From assembly GCA_030141605.1 (NCBI GenBank), contig JAQGDQ010000106.1:434001-498000 (forward strand): 64,000 nt of DNA. The letters are read 5' to 3'. Under the pieces are notes generated by a model, which searched no databases, was not told where the DNA came from, and saw nothing but the letters and a program-made list of their open reading frames with translations. This DNA comes from Tubiluchus corallicola. Lineage: Eukaryota > Animalia > Priapulida. Positions 37,875-64,000 of this stretch are shown here, piece after piece (the stretch's first letter is position 1; each line of letters opens with the position of its first letter). The position numbers and the translations under genes were made by a program.

Positions 37875-40070
37875 CAGTTTAGGTGGTTTTTGGCAATTAC
37901 ACAGGTGCAATTGCTGTTTCAATTAAAAACCTTACGACAAATTATCAGAAATAGAAAATGTGTTTGTGCATAAATTTTCAAAAAACAATTTAAAAGGTGC
38001 ATGCCTCTTTGTCTGTACATTTATTAAAGTAGCAATAAGGTTCAAAGAACTCACAGCTGTTAAATTTTGAAACCAAACATACCTGTATCAAGGTTCAAAA
38101 TTTAATAATTATTTCTTCACATAATAAATTTAATAATAAATAATAATTATTTAATAATTATTCCATCAGGCATCGTTAACAATAATCTTGAAATATAGAT
38201 CATGAACAAATAATTACCCACTGATTACTTCATACTCTAAATTAATTACAAAAAATAATCTAATTAGTTAGTGATTCCACTGATGTGAGTAAACTAATTA
38301 TTATTGGCGTGATGCTGAATTTGTTGGTGAGCTAAAAGGATTAAATCAGGAGCTGTCATGATTACTTTATTAATGATAATCTTGAAATTAGTGATTATGA
38401 ATAATTAACTAATTAATATTCATATATATTACTATGAGGTATTTTTCCTTACAAATTCAAATCAGTAGTGATACCTTTAACACAGCATTTGAAGTGTTTA
38501 CTTGCAAAGGGTCATAATGGCTGCATTATATGTACATAATAATGGTACTTGCTGAATTTGAATATAATACTGAGGAGTAGCAGTGTGTCCTGTTTAAAAA
38601 AATAAGCCAAGAGCATTGCAGTGGTGCAGTACATTCCAACTTTAGAGTCGTATCTCAGAAAAATGAAGACTTCTATAATGTCATATTTTCAGCCAGTGAT
38701 ACTAATTGGCCAGCAAAGGTCACATGATTAGACAATGTGTTTACCTGATTTATTAAGGTGAAGTATGTTGCAAACTGTGATTTGTAATTATCACTGCTTC
38801 AACAGTAAAGTTTTGGCAAATGTCATATCTTCAATTAATTTTTAACTCTTTCAGCAATAAAACTCAACAAAAATTTTTGAAAATAAATAACCTTATTCAA
38901 AGTGACCTAAGAATTATAAAGTACATATAAACTACATAGCCTACTATTTTTGTAATAACAAAAAAGTTAAACTTTCTCAAAAACAATTTTCACTTGGATA
39001 TGACACTTTGCAGATAAGTTCCTCATTTGTATGTCACGGAAAAATAAGGCCTCTAACTTTATTGTAAATGACATTATGTGGTATTAGTACTGTAGACTCC
39101 AATAACTGAAGGGAATATATTATAACCTAGGAAACTTATGTAGCTGGTGATTAGACCATGTGTAACATAAGGAGCTAAATGAGAAAGTGCATCGTGTTTG
39201 TCAAGAATGACGTGCTGTAGAACTTTTCTACCCTACAATTTAAAAAGAAAATTAGTTTTTAATTAGATTTAGTATAATTCAGTAGGAAAGTGGGAGTCAG
39301 ATTTTTTCTGTTTAAGCATCTTATTTTCTAAATTTCATATGAATATGATATTAAAACCACTATTGCAAGTTACAAATTGTTTGTCTTTCATTAGCACACT
39401 CACTTAGTGCTTCGGGTAAAGTGTGTATTTGCAAGTTGAAGTGAGTGAAAAGTATTAAAAGTCAAAACCAGGGGTACAGAAAGGTAAAAAGGGTAGCAAT
39501 TACATCTTAATAATGAAATTGATGCATATAAAAGTATATCAGAGTCAAATACGGAGTGGAAGTACTGTAAAATAATTGAACTAAATTAAATTTACTAATT
39601 TTAAATAACATCCTAGAGTTGAACAAATACCATTCTCACTCTCTACAAAATCATAAGAACGTTGACCACACTGTGCCGACTGTAGAGTATAGACAAACTT
39701 GTGAACATTCTAGAGAGAGGCTATTATCAGTTCATACTTTTTTCTTGATGTCTGACTTTTGGTCTTCTCCTCCTCCTAAAATATCATTATTGGAGCTGAG
39801 AACGAATTCTGTCATCTTTTTCTTGACATATTATATTTTTTCAAAGTTGACGAGATTATTTAATCTCTATACACATATATGCACAGTTGCATGTAATTAT
39901 TTGCTTATATTTTTATGTTGTAGATTCACTGTGTAAGTTGCGCACACATTCTCCCAAGCTGAACATTCTCCCAGCAGTCAAGTCCATAACCTGGCTGTCA
40001 AGCTCACCAACAAGCAGTCAAGCTGTTAACCTGGTATTGTAGGCGAAATATCAAACAGCTGTGTGTCGGC

Positions 40071-43000
40071 ATGGGTGCATTTCTAGACAAACCGAAAACT
40101 GATAAGCATAATGAAGGTGGTGACGGTAATGGCCTAAGGTTTGGTCTCAGCAGCATGCAGGGCTGGAGGATTGAAATGGAGGATGCCCACTGTGCAAAAA
40201 TAGGTCTCCCTAATCATTTAGATGCTTGGTCATTTTTTGCAGTATTTGACGGTCATGCTGGCGCTAAAGTTTCCGCCCACTGTGCCTCCCATTTAATGGA
40301 GGCAATCTGTGACTCGAAGGAGTTGCAGAAGTCGAATTTAAACGATCGCGACAACATTAGTCAAGAAACGGTGATCGCCGCAATTAGAGATGGCTTCCTT
40401 TCATTAGATGAGACAATGAGGCAGATGCCAGAAATAAAAAGCGGGGAAGACAAGAGCGGGTCAACTGCTGTGTGCGTCGTGATTTCTCCTACGCATATTT
40501 ACTTTGGAAATTGTGGTGACTCTCGAGCTATACTATGCAGAGACAAAAAATTTGTGTTTAGCACCCAGGATCATAAACCAATAAATCCAAGGGAAAAGGA
40601 ACGTATACAAAAAGCTGGAGGCAGTGTGATGATCCAAAGGGTGAACGGTTCGCTGGCAGTGTCTAGGGCATTAGGAGACTTCGAATATAAACAAGTGGAA
40701 GGGAAAGGTCCGTGTGAACAGCTTGTTTCTCCCGAACCGGAGATATATGCGGAGGAACGAGACGAGAAAGATGAGTTTCTTATTCTGGCATGTGATGGGG
40801 TGTGGGATGTCATGTCTAATGAAGACGTCTGTGAATTCGTCAGTTCTAGGCTAACACTTACTGATGATTTGCAATGTGTTTGTAATCAAGTCATTGACAC
40901 ATGTCTATATAAGGTAATTTGACTTTTATATAATGCACTGTATCTGTATATGTTTGTGTCTTTTCGGTTGTGAGCAGTGCAATATTGAGGAGAAGTATTG
41001 TCACTGGTTTGCTTTATGTAAACCCGCAGCTATTGTAAGAGTCATGCTCAAACCAGTGTGGCATTTCCATAGGTAAGTTATCTATTCCACAAGAAGCAGC
41101 TGAAATTTGCTACAATCTACAACTCTGTACCTGTAAGTTAATTAAATTATATTCACTCTATGTGACTAGTAGTTACTAGTATTTACACTGGTAGCAAAAA
41201 TTAGTCTCGGGTACCCTATTCCCTATACCTGTCGGGTACCTGGGTACCTGATTGTTAAGATTCAGCGGCTAAGAAGAAACTGTATCTAAAGAAGAACTTT
41301 TGACTAACTGCACTTTTATGCTAACGACAAGCATTCATTTATTACCCGATTGTTCAGATTCAGCAGCAGTGAAGAAACTGTAATCATTCATATTCACAAA
41401 TAAAGACAACTAGGTGCACTTTAATTAATTGCACTTTTATGCTAACAACAAGCATTCATTTATTACACCCTGAAAGCCTAAGCGCACGAGCTGTGAGTTG
41501 CGAAAGTTAGTGGTGTTTACCCACACAAGGTATTTGACCGAGTTTTGTCACGTGGTTTTATCTGCCATGCCTTAATTACTTCATTGGACGATTTATCAGT
41601 GAGTCAACTGCGGCAGCTTACGTAGAACTGCACAGAGCACTGTTAATACAGCATAGGGATTAGGTGAATAAAATCTAAATTATCTTTTTTGTGTGCTGTT
41701 AAACCTAACGAACCATTTATTGGTGTCTTTGTTAGTGGCTTGAAATAGGTAAATTGGTTTTAATGGCTAACAAACAATTTTATTTGGATAATTAACCTCA
41801 GTAAAGAAATCGGTTTGTTTTTTATAAGTCACCCCTACGACACAAATGATTTGATTTGCCATCTCTCTACTGGCTGTTGGCTTGGCACACTGCCAATACT
41901 GCAGTTAGTAATCTGCTAGTAGGTACCTAATGTAGAAGTGTACAGCAGATGGTGGCAATTAAATTTTAATTCTCTGACAATGGATACTGTATTACAAATA
42001 ATGTCTGCATTCTCATTGTTGGAACTTTGTGGATTATTTGGCTCAGGTAATAAACAATGCTGGCAATTACTCGGGTACCTGGATACCCGAGGGAAATACT
42101 GTAAGCTACAAAAGTACATTACAGACTTTAGAGTACATGCTTGGTTATACGAGAAATATGGTTAGTAAAAGAAGGTATGCATATGTTGTTGTTCAAATAC
42201 TCAGTTAGAAAGATCAGCAAAATCTGTTGGTAACAACCTAACCGCAACGTTGATTGCCAACATAACAGGAACATACGAGTTCTAGATGTTATGCGTATCC
42301 ACAGTAAGATTAAAAAAAGTAGTTCTGAGTAGCTCATAATAATATAGTGCTAACAACCTGTAACAGCTAGGATTTTTTTTTAAAAATTAGGCAATTAATA
42401 TGTGATTGTGACATTCATTTTTTTCTAATTTAATATTTTTTTATAGCTTTGCTGCGTGGAAAGTTTCAAACTGTGCATCCTGTCTGCAGCTTGGCATTGC
42501 CCAGGTTGTAATTAACCTCCAAACTGTATAAGTATTACAAATTTTTAAAGCTCTGCGTTGTAGATTTTCTAGCTTAAACAGCATTTTGTATTCCCGATGG
42601 CTATATATAATGTATATGTTGTACAATGAATGTGAATTAGTTGAACTGTCTCATAGCTACACATTTAAGCTACAATCATGCAAAAAAGATACCTTTATTT
42701 ACCTGACAAAAATATTTAGTCATGTGAAGTCAGCATATGGAAAGTTTCATTCATGATAACAGTGATAGAAACTTGCAGCAAAACTGACTGAAACCTCACT
42801 TGAAGTGTTTTGCCTGTAGATGTGAAGTATTTGAATTGACATTTCAAGCAAACCAGATGGAAGGAGATGATTCGACAAGGTGCTATTGCAGTAAAAAGAT
42901 ACGTTATACAGAGTACTGTGACTGCTCTGATTACAGAGTACTTTGACCAACCAGCTTGATCATATAAGTGGCAAGAGCTAATAAATTGTCATCCCTATTG

Positions 43001-46000
43001 TGTAAATGCAGCAGAGCAAATGAGTTTCAGTTTAAGTGAAGACTTTGCTATTGTCTGAGTATAACGTTTTTGTCTCATGTTTTTGTCTTATGCTGATCAA
43101 GAATGAATATACTTTTTGTTTTAGTATGGAATAAGTTTCGAAGTTCCACACTGACCTGTACACTTTCCTGCAATTTGCTGTTTTAACTGAAGTAATTTGG
43201 TTTTGAGTCTCACTTAAAAAGTGTTGTCTTGTAATATTACTTCGGAGTTAATGGCCTAAGGCTAAGAGTTTGTTGAAACTGATCATGCCAAGGAGAAATC
43301 TCGAATCAAATCAGTGTTCTCTGTAGAATTACAGCTAGTGTGCTGCTTTAGCAATTGTGCCTATAAGGTATGGATAGGCAATCCTAATATGAACAACAAG
43401 TGTTATAGAAAATGTTTGTGCGAACTGTGAAAAATGCATATGTGAAGTGAAACATCTTCAAACGAACGAAATTGCTTTACTTGAAAAAAGTTACTAGTGG
43501 GTGACAGTCGAACTTGAGAATCTTGTCTAATATGCAACTAAAGCAGGTGCTGAAAAGTGCAGCTGTTAAATAACTTAAGATATTCTGCAAATTTGTCATT
43601 GCTGCATTTGTTCACTGTGTTAGAATAAAAAGAACAGATTTGATTACAATCCCTTGTGTGTCACTTTGCGTAAATTTAGTTTTCAAGGTGAAGCTAAATT
43701 TGTCATGTGATGCTATAATAAGTCACATTTTGTGTATTGTTTTCTAGGGTAGTCGAGATAATATGAGTATGGTCCTTGTATGTTTTTCTGCTGCTCCAAG
43801 AGTTTCAAAAGAAGCCATTGACAAAGAAGCAGAGCTAGATGCATTTTTAGAACGACGAATAAAACGTACGTACTATGTTATTACAGTAGTAGAGAAGAAA
43901 CGTACATGCTGTTTCGTGACACGCCACAATTAATGTTAAGCAGCTGTACAAAATTACAGCATAATTAATCTTATATTTTAACTGTAGACCTATCAAGTGT
44001 TAAGTTTTGTCAGCAGAAATGGCTTGCTTGTGTGTTCCGTGTTTCACATAATATGAGGAAGATTTATGCCATCTCCACAGCATATGGTGGTTTACTGTCA
44101 AGGTACTGTGATTGAGGAAATAATTTTTAAAATTTACCCTTATGTCTGATTTTGTGTACCCACTTCGGATTCCATCTATTCTGTTTATGACTAAGTGGCC
44201 TTCTGTTTATGAACATTACTTGGCCTTTAATTTTAGGCCAAGAAGGATAATGAACTTTGCATTGGCACCATGCATACATATTTGTACAATATGAATATAC
44301 TTAATACATTGAACATTTTCCTTACAGAAATAGTAGATTCAGCCGATTCACCACAAGATGTTGATTTATACGACATTATTCATTTGCTTGCTAATGAAGA
44401 TATACCTGGTTTACCTCCCGGTGGTGGTCTTAGTGCCAAGTGAGTTATTGTGCTTAGATGACATTCTTTGCATTTTTTAATCATCAAAAATTGTTAGAAC
44501 TTGGCTTGCATGTTCTCGGAAGTCTGTCTTTGTAAAAACTTGCTTGGCTTCATATGTCCACACAGGTGAGGCATATGCCAACATGTAAAAATTATTATTA
44601 TGAAGTTTTTTATAATCAAATGGGAAGTATTTCAACACAAAATCCCACATTATATGTATAAACCTTTATTGTTAAATGATAACAGTTCGAGAACTCATTA
44701 GTTCTCAAGAGTCAGGTTATTGGTTAATATTGCAGTATGATTCATGGCAACTCTACAAATGTTTTCTGATTCATCATTATCATATTATTATCTGTATTTT
44801 TTTAACTTTTTATTAGAGTTCTTTAGATGGTTTGTTTCAGATTTGACGATAAGAACCAGTGAGTTCTCGAATTGTAAAGCCCATTTTGATGGCCTTATAA
44901 ATGTGTTATTGTTTAAAACACACGTGTGAAAAAACACAGTTGGATCATATATAGACCATATTTCTTTCACGGGTCTTCTTATGTGGTTTATGGATGGTTG
45001 TTCCGTATATATTTAGACATTAGAACTAATTTAACAAAAATGTGAATCAGAAGAATATTAAAAAGAAAGGGCTTTAACAAATTAAATCTTATTAGATGAT
45101 TATTTATGTTTATTTATTTGTTTCTTTTAGAATTTTTAATGTTTAAATTTGTGAAGTTTAGGGACTAAATTTGGGAACTAGGATGCTCTCATATGCTGAT
45201 ACAAACAGTTAGTAAATAAATATGTTCTAGTATAAGTCACAAGGCATGTTACAACAAATATAAATGGATGTATGCGTGAAGTATAGCAATTCATGAACTG
45301 TCTGGTAAGGGTAAGAACACCATTGGCTGTCTGATCACGTCTGCACTGCACACAAGATGATGTTAATCTTGTTTATGTGAATCATATTTAAAATGCTTTT
45401 GCAGTTTGAAATGTAGTCTGAAGTGATAGTGTAAATCAGTAGAACTGACATCAATTTTATTTATCAATTTTGTAAAGCTTGGTCTTTAAATAAAAATTGT
45501 TCGTATAGTACTATATAAAATTATGGTACTATAATATGTCATTTCTTACATATTTTTCTTATGTTACAGGCGCAGCACGATAAAAACTATCTTTAACAAA
45601 CTGTATCCTAATCAGAGCAGCGATGTAAGTATGCATTCTGACATTCCTGATTTACCGTGAACTTTTGAAACTGCCACAGCTTTTACTAATCATTGATTTA
45701 AACTAACTAAATTGCTTTAATTGCATGTATAAATGCTTTGCACTTCGTCAGGATGATAGTCATATTGTGCTGACTGTAAGTTTTATTTTGAATTGATGTT
45801 TTCATTAGTCGTAGGTGGCATGTCAGTCTAGTCTGTTTACTAAAGTGGTAATAGTTAATTGTGTTGGTCTCATTTTTATTTGCCCCTACACTGTTTTGAA
45901 GTCGTGAATGCATCATCGTTTAGTTGAAATGAAATATGCAATAATTTGAGAGATGATATTTATGCGATGCACAATTCTTTTCTTTGGTTCCAAAGTGCTT

Positions 46001-47854
46001 ATGTCACTTGTGAAACAAACTAAGCTAAAATTTTAACTTCCCTCGCTACGGATAATGTTATTATTATTATTATTATTACATAGAAATTTAGTGTTTTCTT
46101 AGTCCATAATTTAAATTTCTGTGGGTTGGTTTAAAGCCTTTTTGTTTCATTGCTATTTAATTTTGCAATTCTAGGATGAATTTTCTGCTCAGCAACTTAT
46201 TGACGAAATTTAGCCTCGAGGTTTATTTCTGTTTTTATTTTCTAAGTATGCCATTGACTTGTGTGTCTAGTAACTTTCTCTGAAGCAATTTTTGAATTAT
46301 GGAAATCCTAACATTCACAGATTCTTAAGGACTTTAAGTCGGAAATTATTCATTTAACAGTTTCTTTAGCATGACTACATTTATTTCAAATGAGACTTCT
46401 CCTCAGTGGTAAACTTTGTAGTAGGAGTTTTTTTTGAAAGTTACATTAAAAGTGTTATTTTTGCCTCTAGATCTTGTATTCAGGTTTTCTGCTTGATCAC
46501 ACTTTTGTTCATTATAGTATATTTAATTGCTAGGCATTTAATTTTTCACCTTCATGTGCACTGATGATTAACATTTATGCCTAATGATTTTGCAGAATGC
46601 TTCAATTTTCTTATGACTTGTAATTACGTCATGCTGCTTGATTGCCTTACTTGCATGTATAGTCTCATACAACATTTATAATGTGAATCATGTTAAACCT
46701 TTCTGTACCGGTGTATAAATGCAACTTAAACTGAATTGTTGTTTGCAACATTTTTGTAATAAAGCGTTTTCACTTGTGATGTTTTTTGTTTATTTTTATT
46801 TGCCATGTTTGTCTTTGGTTACCGTATTCAGATATTTACTATATTTATTAATCATTTTATCAACAGTAACAGGATAATACCAACATGCCTTAGTACTGTA
46901 ACAATATGTATCAACTGAGTCAGCTACAATCGGGAAGGAGGAACTCGATATTTTGCAGAAATTTGTGACATGTTACAGTTCATACATTGCATTATAGCTC
47001 TTTGGTTTTATAAAGAGCTGAAATGCATAAGGAGTTTTGCTGCTTTTTGTTTTCCTTATTTTGATTTTCTTAAAAGTTTTATTAATACAGCGCATGAAAA
47101 TGCAGCACCGCAAATCTGAAACAAAAGAAAACAAATTTGTTATACAGAATCTTTGGCATCCTAGCTAGTTTGTGAAGTTTCTAGCTGTGCCATGTTTTGC
47201 ATGAAAGCTGTTCAGTTATATCTGCTTGCATGCACATACCATGTTGTAGTATTTCGTAGCATTTTTTGTTCATGTACAGCGTACTCTCGTTTACGTCACT
47301 GATATCTTGGATGGGCTGGTATTGAACCCAAGAAGTTACTCGGTTGATCATATACTTGGCCAGTTCACCTTTGTGTAATTCTAAGTCACTTTATGGAAAA
47401 TTGCTACTTAGAATTGCTATTGGAGGATATACAGAATTTGTAAATCAGGGTGCAAGAATCGACCAATAAACTAACAAAAGGCTTGTTTTCCATGTTACAA
47501 AAGTTTTGGCTGATTGCAACATTTTTCTGTAAAAATACATTGTATAATGTAGCATTAAATTGTGCCATCTTATTCTATAACTCTAAACTGCCAACAACTT
47601 GAAAATGCCAAATAAAAGTGCTAATTTTAACAATTTCAAATACTAGTAACTTTGAATTGCTTTCATACATAAAAGTCAATTTGTTAATTGAGCAGTGCGC
47701 TGTACATTTGAAAATTAGTTTGTAAATAGTGATTAGTGACAGTGCATGTGTAGTCTGAGTGCTCTAAACTTAATTGAGACACTTTCAACAATTTTCGTAG
47801 ATGTTTCTATATCTTTCCTCCTCTCCACAGTCCAACAGGGATGATTCGTGGTAG
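40071..47854 (+). CDS. PPM1A/PPM1B: Protein phosphatase 1A/1B-like (PP2C alpha/beta, Mg2+/Mn2+-dependent)
   Basis: MGAFLDKPK start; motifs [54 protein letters not shown] and LPPGGGL. Exons 40071-40913, 43748-43865, 44328-44439, 45570-45624, then either 46175-46213 ([12 protein letters not shown]) or 47831-47854 (SNRDDSW*). Confidence 0.96.
41205..42092. mobile_element. Degenerate hAT-like non-autonomous element (GGGTACCCG subterminal repeats) with an internal ~100-bp duplication
   Basis: ctcgggtaccc/cgggtacctgggtacc at the left end; ctcgggtacctggatacccgag at the right end; duplicated gattcagc..gaagaaactgta..tgcacttttatgctaac.acaagcattcatttattac. Confidence 0.55.
42520..42600 (-). mobile_element. 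Short LINE (CR1/L2-type) ORF2 remnant
   Basis: [12 protein letters not shown] resembles the LExVQRRA motif downstream of RT. Confidence 0.4.
44682..44875. mobile_element. Small MITE (~24-bp TIR)
   Basis: acagttcgagaactcattagttct pairs with agaaccagtgagttctcgaattgt. Confidence 0.75.
46758..46763 (+). terminator. Candidate polyadenylation signal for the proximal PPM1 terminal exon
   Basis: AATAAA followed by a GT/T-rich tract (tgtgatgttttttgttt). Confidence 0.5.
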
Positions 47855-47898
47855 TGCAAACCCCACAGTTAGTTGGCGAAACTCATGTATAAATGCCA

Positions 47899-47913
47899 GA
47901 CCAGGTGGCGCTG
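47899..47913 (+). promoter_or_regulatory. CTCF-like motif
   Basis: GACCAGGTGGCGCTG resembles the CCASYAGRKGGCRS core; motif match only. Confidence 0.3.
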
Positions 47914-50763
47914 CAAGACACTGCACTGCGACAAACAATTCGACACTTGAATCATTTTCGTCTGTACAACTTGAGGAGCGACGTGTCTTATGCTGCGACT
48001 GGGCCATATTTTGCAAAATGAATAATTGTACAGCGTGAAGTTTGTATTTATTGTAAGAAGCAAAGTAGTTGTGTTTGTATAATTCTGTTGACTTGTTATT
48101 TACTAAATGCATAACGTATTGCATAAGTTATTTAACATAAATGCAAATGTATTTCTGCTACTTATTCTATCAAGCAGGATTGCTTGTGACCGTTACATGA
48201 GAAATAATAGGTACTTTATTATTAATTGCTATCTGTATTGTGCTGTATTTTTGTAATTTTTGATAGGGCTTAGATAAATAGAATGTCATACAACAAGCTC
48301 ACATTTATCTAAGAATATCTACATGATGCTGTACAGTGTATTGCTTGTGCTTATGTCTTGCAAATAACAACTTGGATGGCTAAGGTAATCAGCAAAGATT
48401 TCCACTATTAGATTTTCTTATTCGCTTGATTTTCAAAACTTGTGTACTGGCTGATTTTTGGCATTCATTGTTGATTTTCTGCTTGGAATAGGCTGATCAC
48501 TAACCACACCACATGTAAAGTTTGCCATCAAAAATTTAATTATTTGTGCATTGTAAGCAATAAATAATTATAGAAAGCATTAATGTGAATTTTTCCTGCC
48601 TCTAAAACCCTGTATTGTATAAAATAACAAAATCACTGATATTTATCACATTTTTTGCTGTATTAGGCATTGTGTAATAGATACCTGTTATTACCTGCTT
48701 TAGTTGAAGTTTCTTGCATTACTCTTATACACGAAACTGCACATCTTGCCACTGTCAAATTGTCTCCTAACTGCCCTGATAAATACTTTGTTCATTGAAT
48801 TTAATTAGTTGAATACCTTAGAAGTTTCTGTCCAGGAACCATTTGATCATGAATGTGAAATTACAAAGCTTCTGAATGCTTCACTTGGAGTAGTAAACTT
48901 AAATACGGTTTTGTTCCTCGGTTCTGAAATAACACCAACATTCAAAGGTGTTAAGTCCAAGCCTTTTCACTGTTACGGTACCAATAATTTTACTTCCATG
49001 TATGTCTCGCAATGAAGCGCTACACAGCCTGTGCCACCAATTCAGTTTTATTTTTAGAGATGATGAATTTCTGTATTTTGCAGTGAAAGTCAATAAATTG
49101 TTGTAAGTTAATTGTGTTTTCATTACTACCACATGGTTTGCCTATTTTATTCAATTACTGTTTTTTGCTAATACTTGTACAGTAAACAATTGCTGACAAA
49201 AATATAATTGCATCACGGCCTCTCGGCTACCTATCATTGTACAAGTGAATTGCAAATGTTTATGTAGTTATCAGTTAAGTCGAGGCACTGATTTCAAAAA
49301 GAAAACTAATTGCTCATCACGAAACAACAATTTATTTCTATCCTCTTCGTTATTTACATTGCAATTGTGCTTGATAATACATCCATATATTCATATTATG
49401 TAACATAATAAGGCTATTTTTAATGCAATATAGTTTTACTCACGTAACACATGCAATATGAAAAAATTATGTACAGAAATATACACATGTGCATGTATAT
49501 TTGTGGTAACATTAGCACTTACAAGTTTACATACAGCGCATGCGATGGCCTGAGCAAATCACACACGTATACATAATATCACTCGAAATAACTGGAAAGA
49601 CTAAAGCATTAGAAGTGGCTGTACGTTGTTATCACCTTAACCAGTGAACATCTAAATATCACAATGTACAGATTTCCCACAATGCCTTGAGGTGCTATCT
49701 AGTGACAACGTAATAATTCACATAAAAATAACCAGTGTTAACTATTTATATTTACATTTGCTGCCTTAAGTTTTTTATAAATAAAATTAGCTGGAATTGA
49801 ACTGATTTACAAGGAAAGCATCGCACTATGCACACAAAAATACAGCATATTAAAAAGCAATTTACATCTCCAGTACTTGAATAATCAGAAAAATTCTAAC
49901 GTAAAAGTCATTAATGATTCGCGGGTTTCTATAAATTGTATTTAATGCATACTAGAATATGCGAGTGCAAAAGGTACATGGACAGGCCGTTGGAATTTAA
50001 TTTGTCTATGTTATATGTTGGAGGGAGTGGCCATCCAGTTGCAAATGTAATGCAACATGCCATATAAGCAATGACATTTTTGGGAACTGTTTTTAAAGAA
50101 TTATTTTCATATTCAAACCCTGATTTCTAAATTTAATTTTGTTTATAAATCGTCATTTGAACAATGCAGTACATTATAAAACACGTCCAAGTGTGCAAAC
50201 AGGATCGGTATACAGTATGTGAATGTGAAAATCTGAATTCTGCGCTGTTCACGTACATATGCTGCCTTCACTAAACCTGTCCTGATATGCACAAAATAAT
50301 AATAAATTTAAACTGAAAAACAAATTAAGATAGGATAAGAAAAATTATACATCTCTGATTACATTATAAATGTATTCCTAATTTTGTCTATACATTTGAC
50401 TGACTAGCATGAATTGATTATGTTTCATACACCTAAAGACATATTTACTCACCAATGAATGTAATTATGCTGATCACATGTTTGCATTGGTTTTGCACCA
50501 TTAAAGAAATGACAGAAAGTTTACTAATTATTAATGGCAGTGCGAGTGAATACCAACTAACAAGGTTCGTCTAAAGTACGGTGACAATCACCCGAAGGTA
50601 TACTTTACGATAAACAAGAATTCCCCACACAATGTAGGCAGGATTGTATTTGCAATATCTCCAGGCTAATTTTGATATGAAAACTGGACGACCAGGCCCC
50701 AGTATGGATCATTTGTTAAAATTCATCCAGGCACTTAATTTCTCAGAAGTTTCTCAGGACCTG

Positions 50764-63315
<12,552 letters not shown>

Positions 63316-64000
63316 TTAAGGATATCAACAGTAAAAAACAGTAGGTTCTTTCAATAATAAGGTGAGCAGGACAGCTAAGTGGGCATGGCTAAAAAAACCA
63401 AACAATGTTAAATTTTGTCAGTAAACAGATGGGTGATGCTGGCAAAATAGCTTCAAGGCAGTTTCATCTGCCACACCACCTCCAGTTTATCACTTTCAGC
63501 AACTGCCTAACTAAGGAATCTTTGTCAGATAAGTTTTTCATCTTAATGCATAATCTTTGATAACGATCAAGGTTCCGGTCCTGCAACAACCATCAGCAAA
63601 ACCAGTAAGCCCTCCTATGGAGTGCTGTATACTGGCTTGCAGTATGCCAAACTATATATAGATAAAATCAAAAATTTTTAAAAAGTGATGATACATAACT
63701 TACAATAGTTTGCAGCTTCACGTTTTTTTTAAGACTTTTGCTAGAATACACAGGAGTCAAAGTACCAATGTTGACTACCACGTTTAGACGTGTTAACAAG
63801 TAACAAAGCAGAATACTTTTCGAAGCCTTGCTTTAAGAAGTTTCTACCTCCAAAAATGAAGCAATACTGCATGTTTTTGGCGCAATTTAATCAACAGGCA
63901 AATACATGCAGTTAAAAGTGAAGTGTGTTAGCAAACTTTGCATATCTTAGTACCCACGACTCCACAAAAGGTGCATAATGATATAGCTGCAAAATCATCC

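Noticed and set aside
40571-40813. Antisense ORFs over PPM1, the glycosyltransferase and pecanex exons
   Set aside because: They are shadows of the coding strand with no motifs.
47807-48124. Overlapping short ORFs as a separate gene
   Set aside because: No recognisable protein; better explained as the PPM1 distal terminal exon plus 3' UTR.

Overview
AT-rich, intron-rich animal genomic DNA. It is probably an invertebrate, but the taxon cannot be fixed from the sequence. Manual GT-AG splicing gives six protein genes. (1) The 3' part of CEP162 (+, 460-7790). (2) A 7-exon, 160-aa uncharacterised gene (-, 14355-10162) that no single ORF in the track captures; it recalls a free-standing PDE9-type N-terminal module, and its last exon is tandemly triplicated. 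(3) An 8-exon ankyrin-repeat/SOCS-box-like gene with an acidic tail (-, 31194-24746). (4) A PPM1A/B-type PP2C phosphatase (+, from 40071) with two candidate terminal exons. (5) The 3' part of pecanex (-, 63302-50764). (6) A GT77/Nucleotid_trans-like glycosyltransferase with an uninterrupted CDS, nested antisense in a pecanex intron (52003-53244). Mobile DNA includes a decayed CR1-type LINE with nested insertions (~16.9-22.3 kb), a pogo/Tigger deletion derivative, several hAT-like and other MITEs, a TIR element carrying a tRNA T-arm, and a Penelope-type palindrome holding a degenerate minimal hammerhead ribozyme. Family calls rest on recalled motifs, not on database searches.
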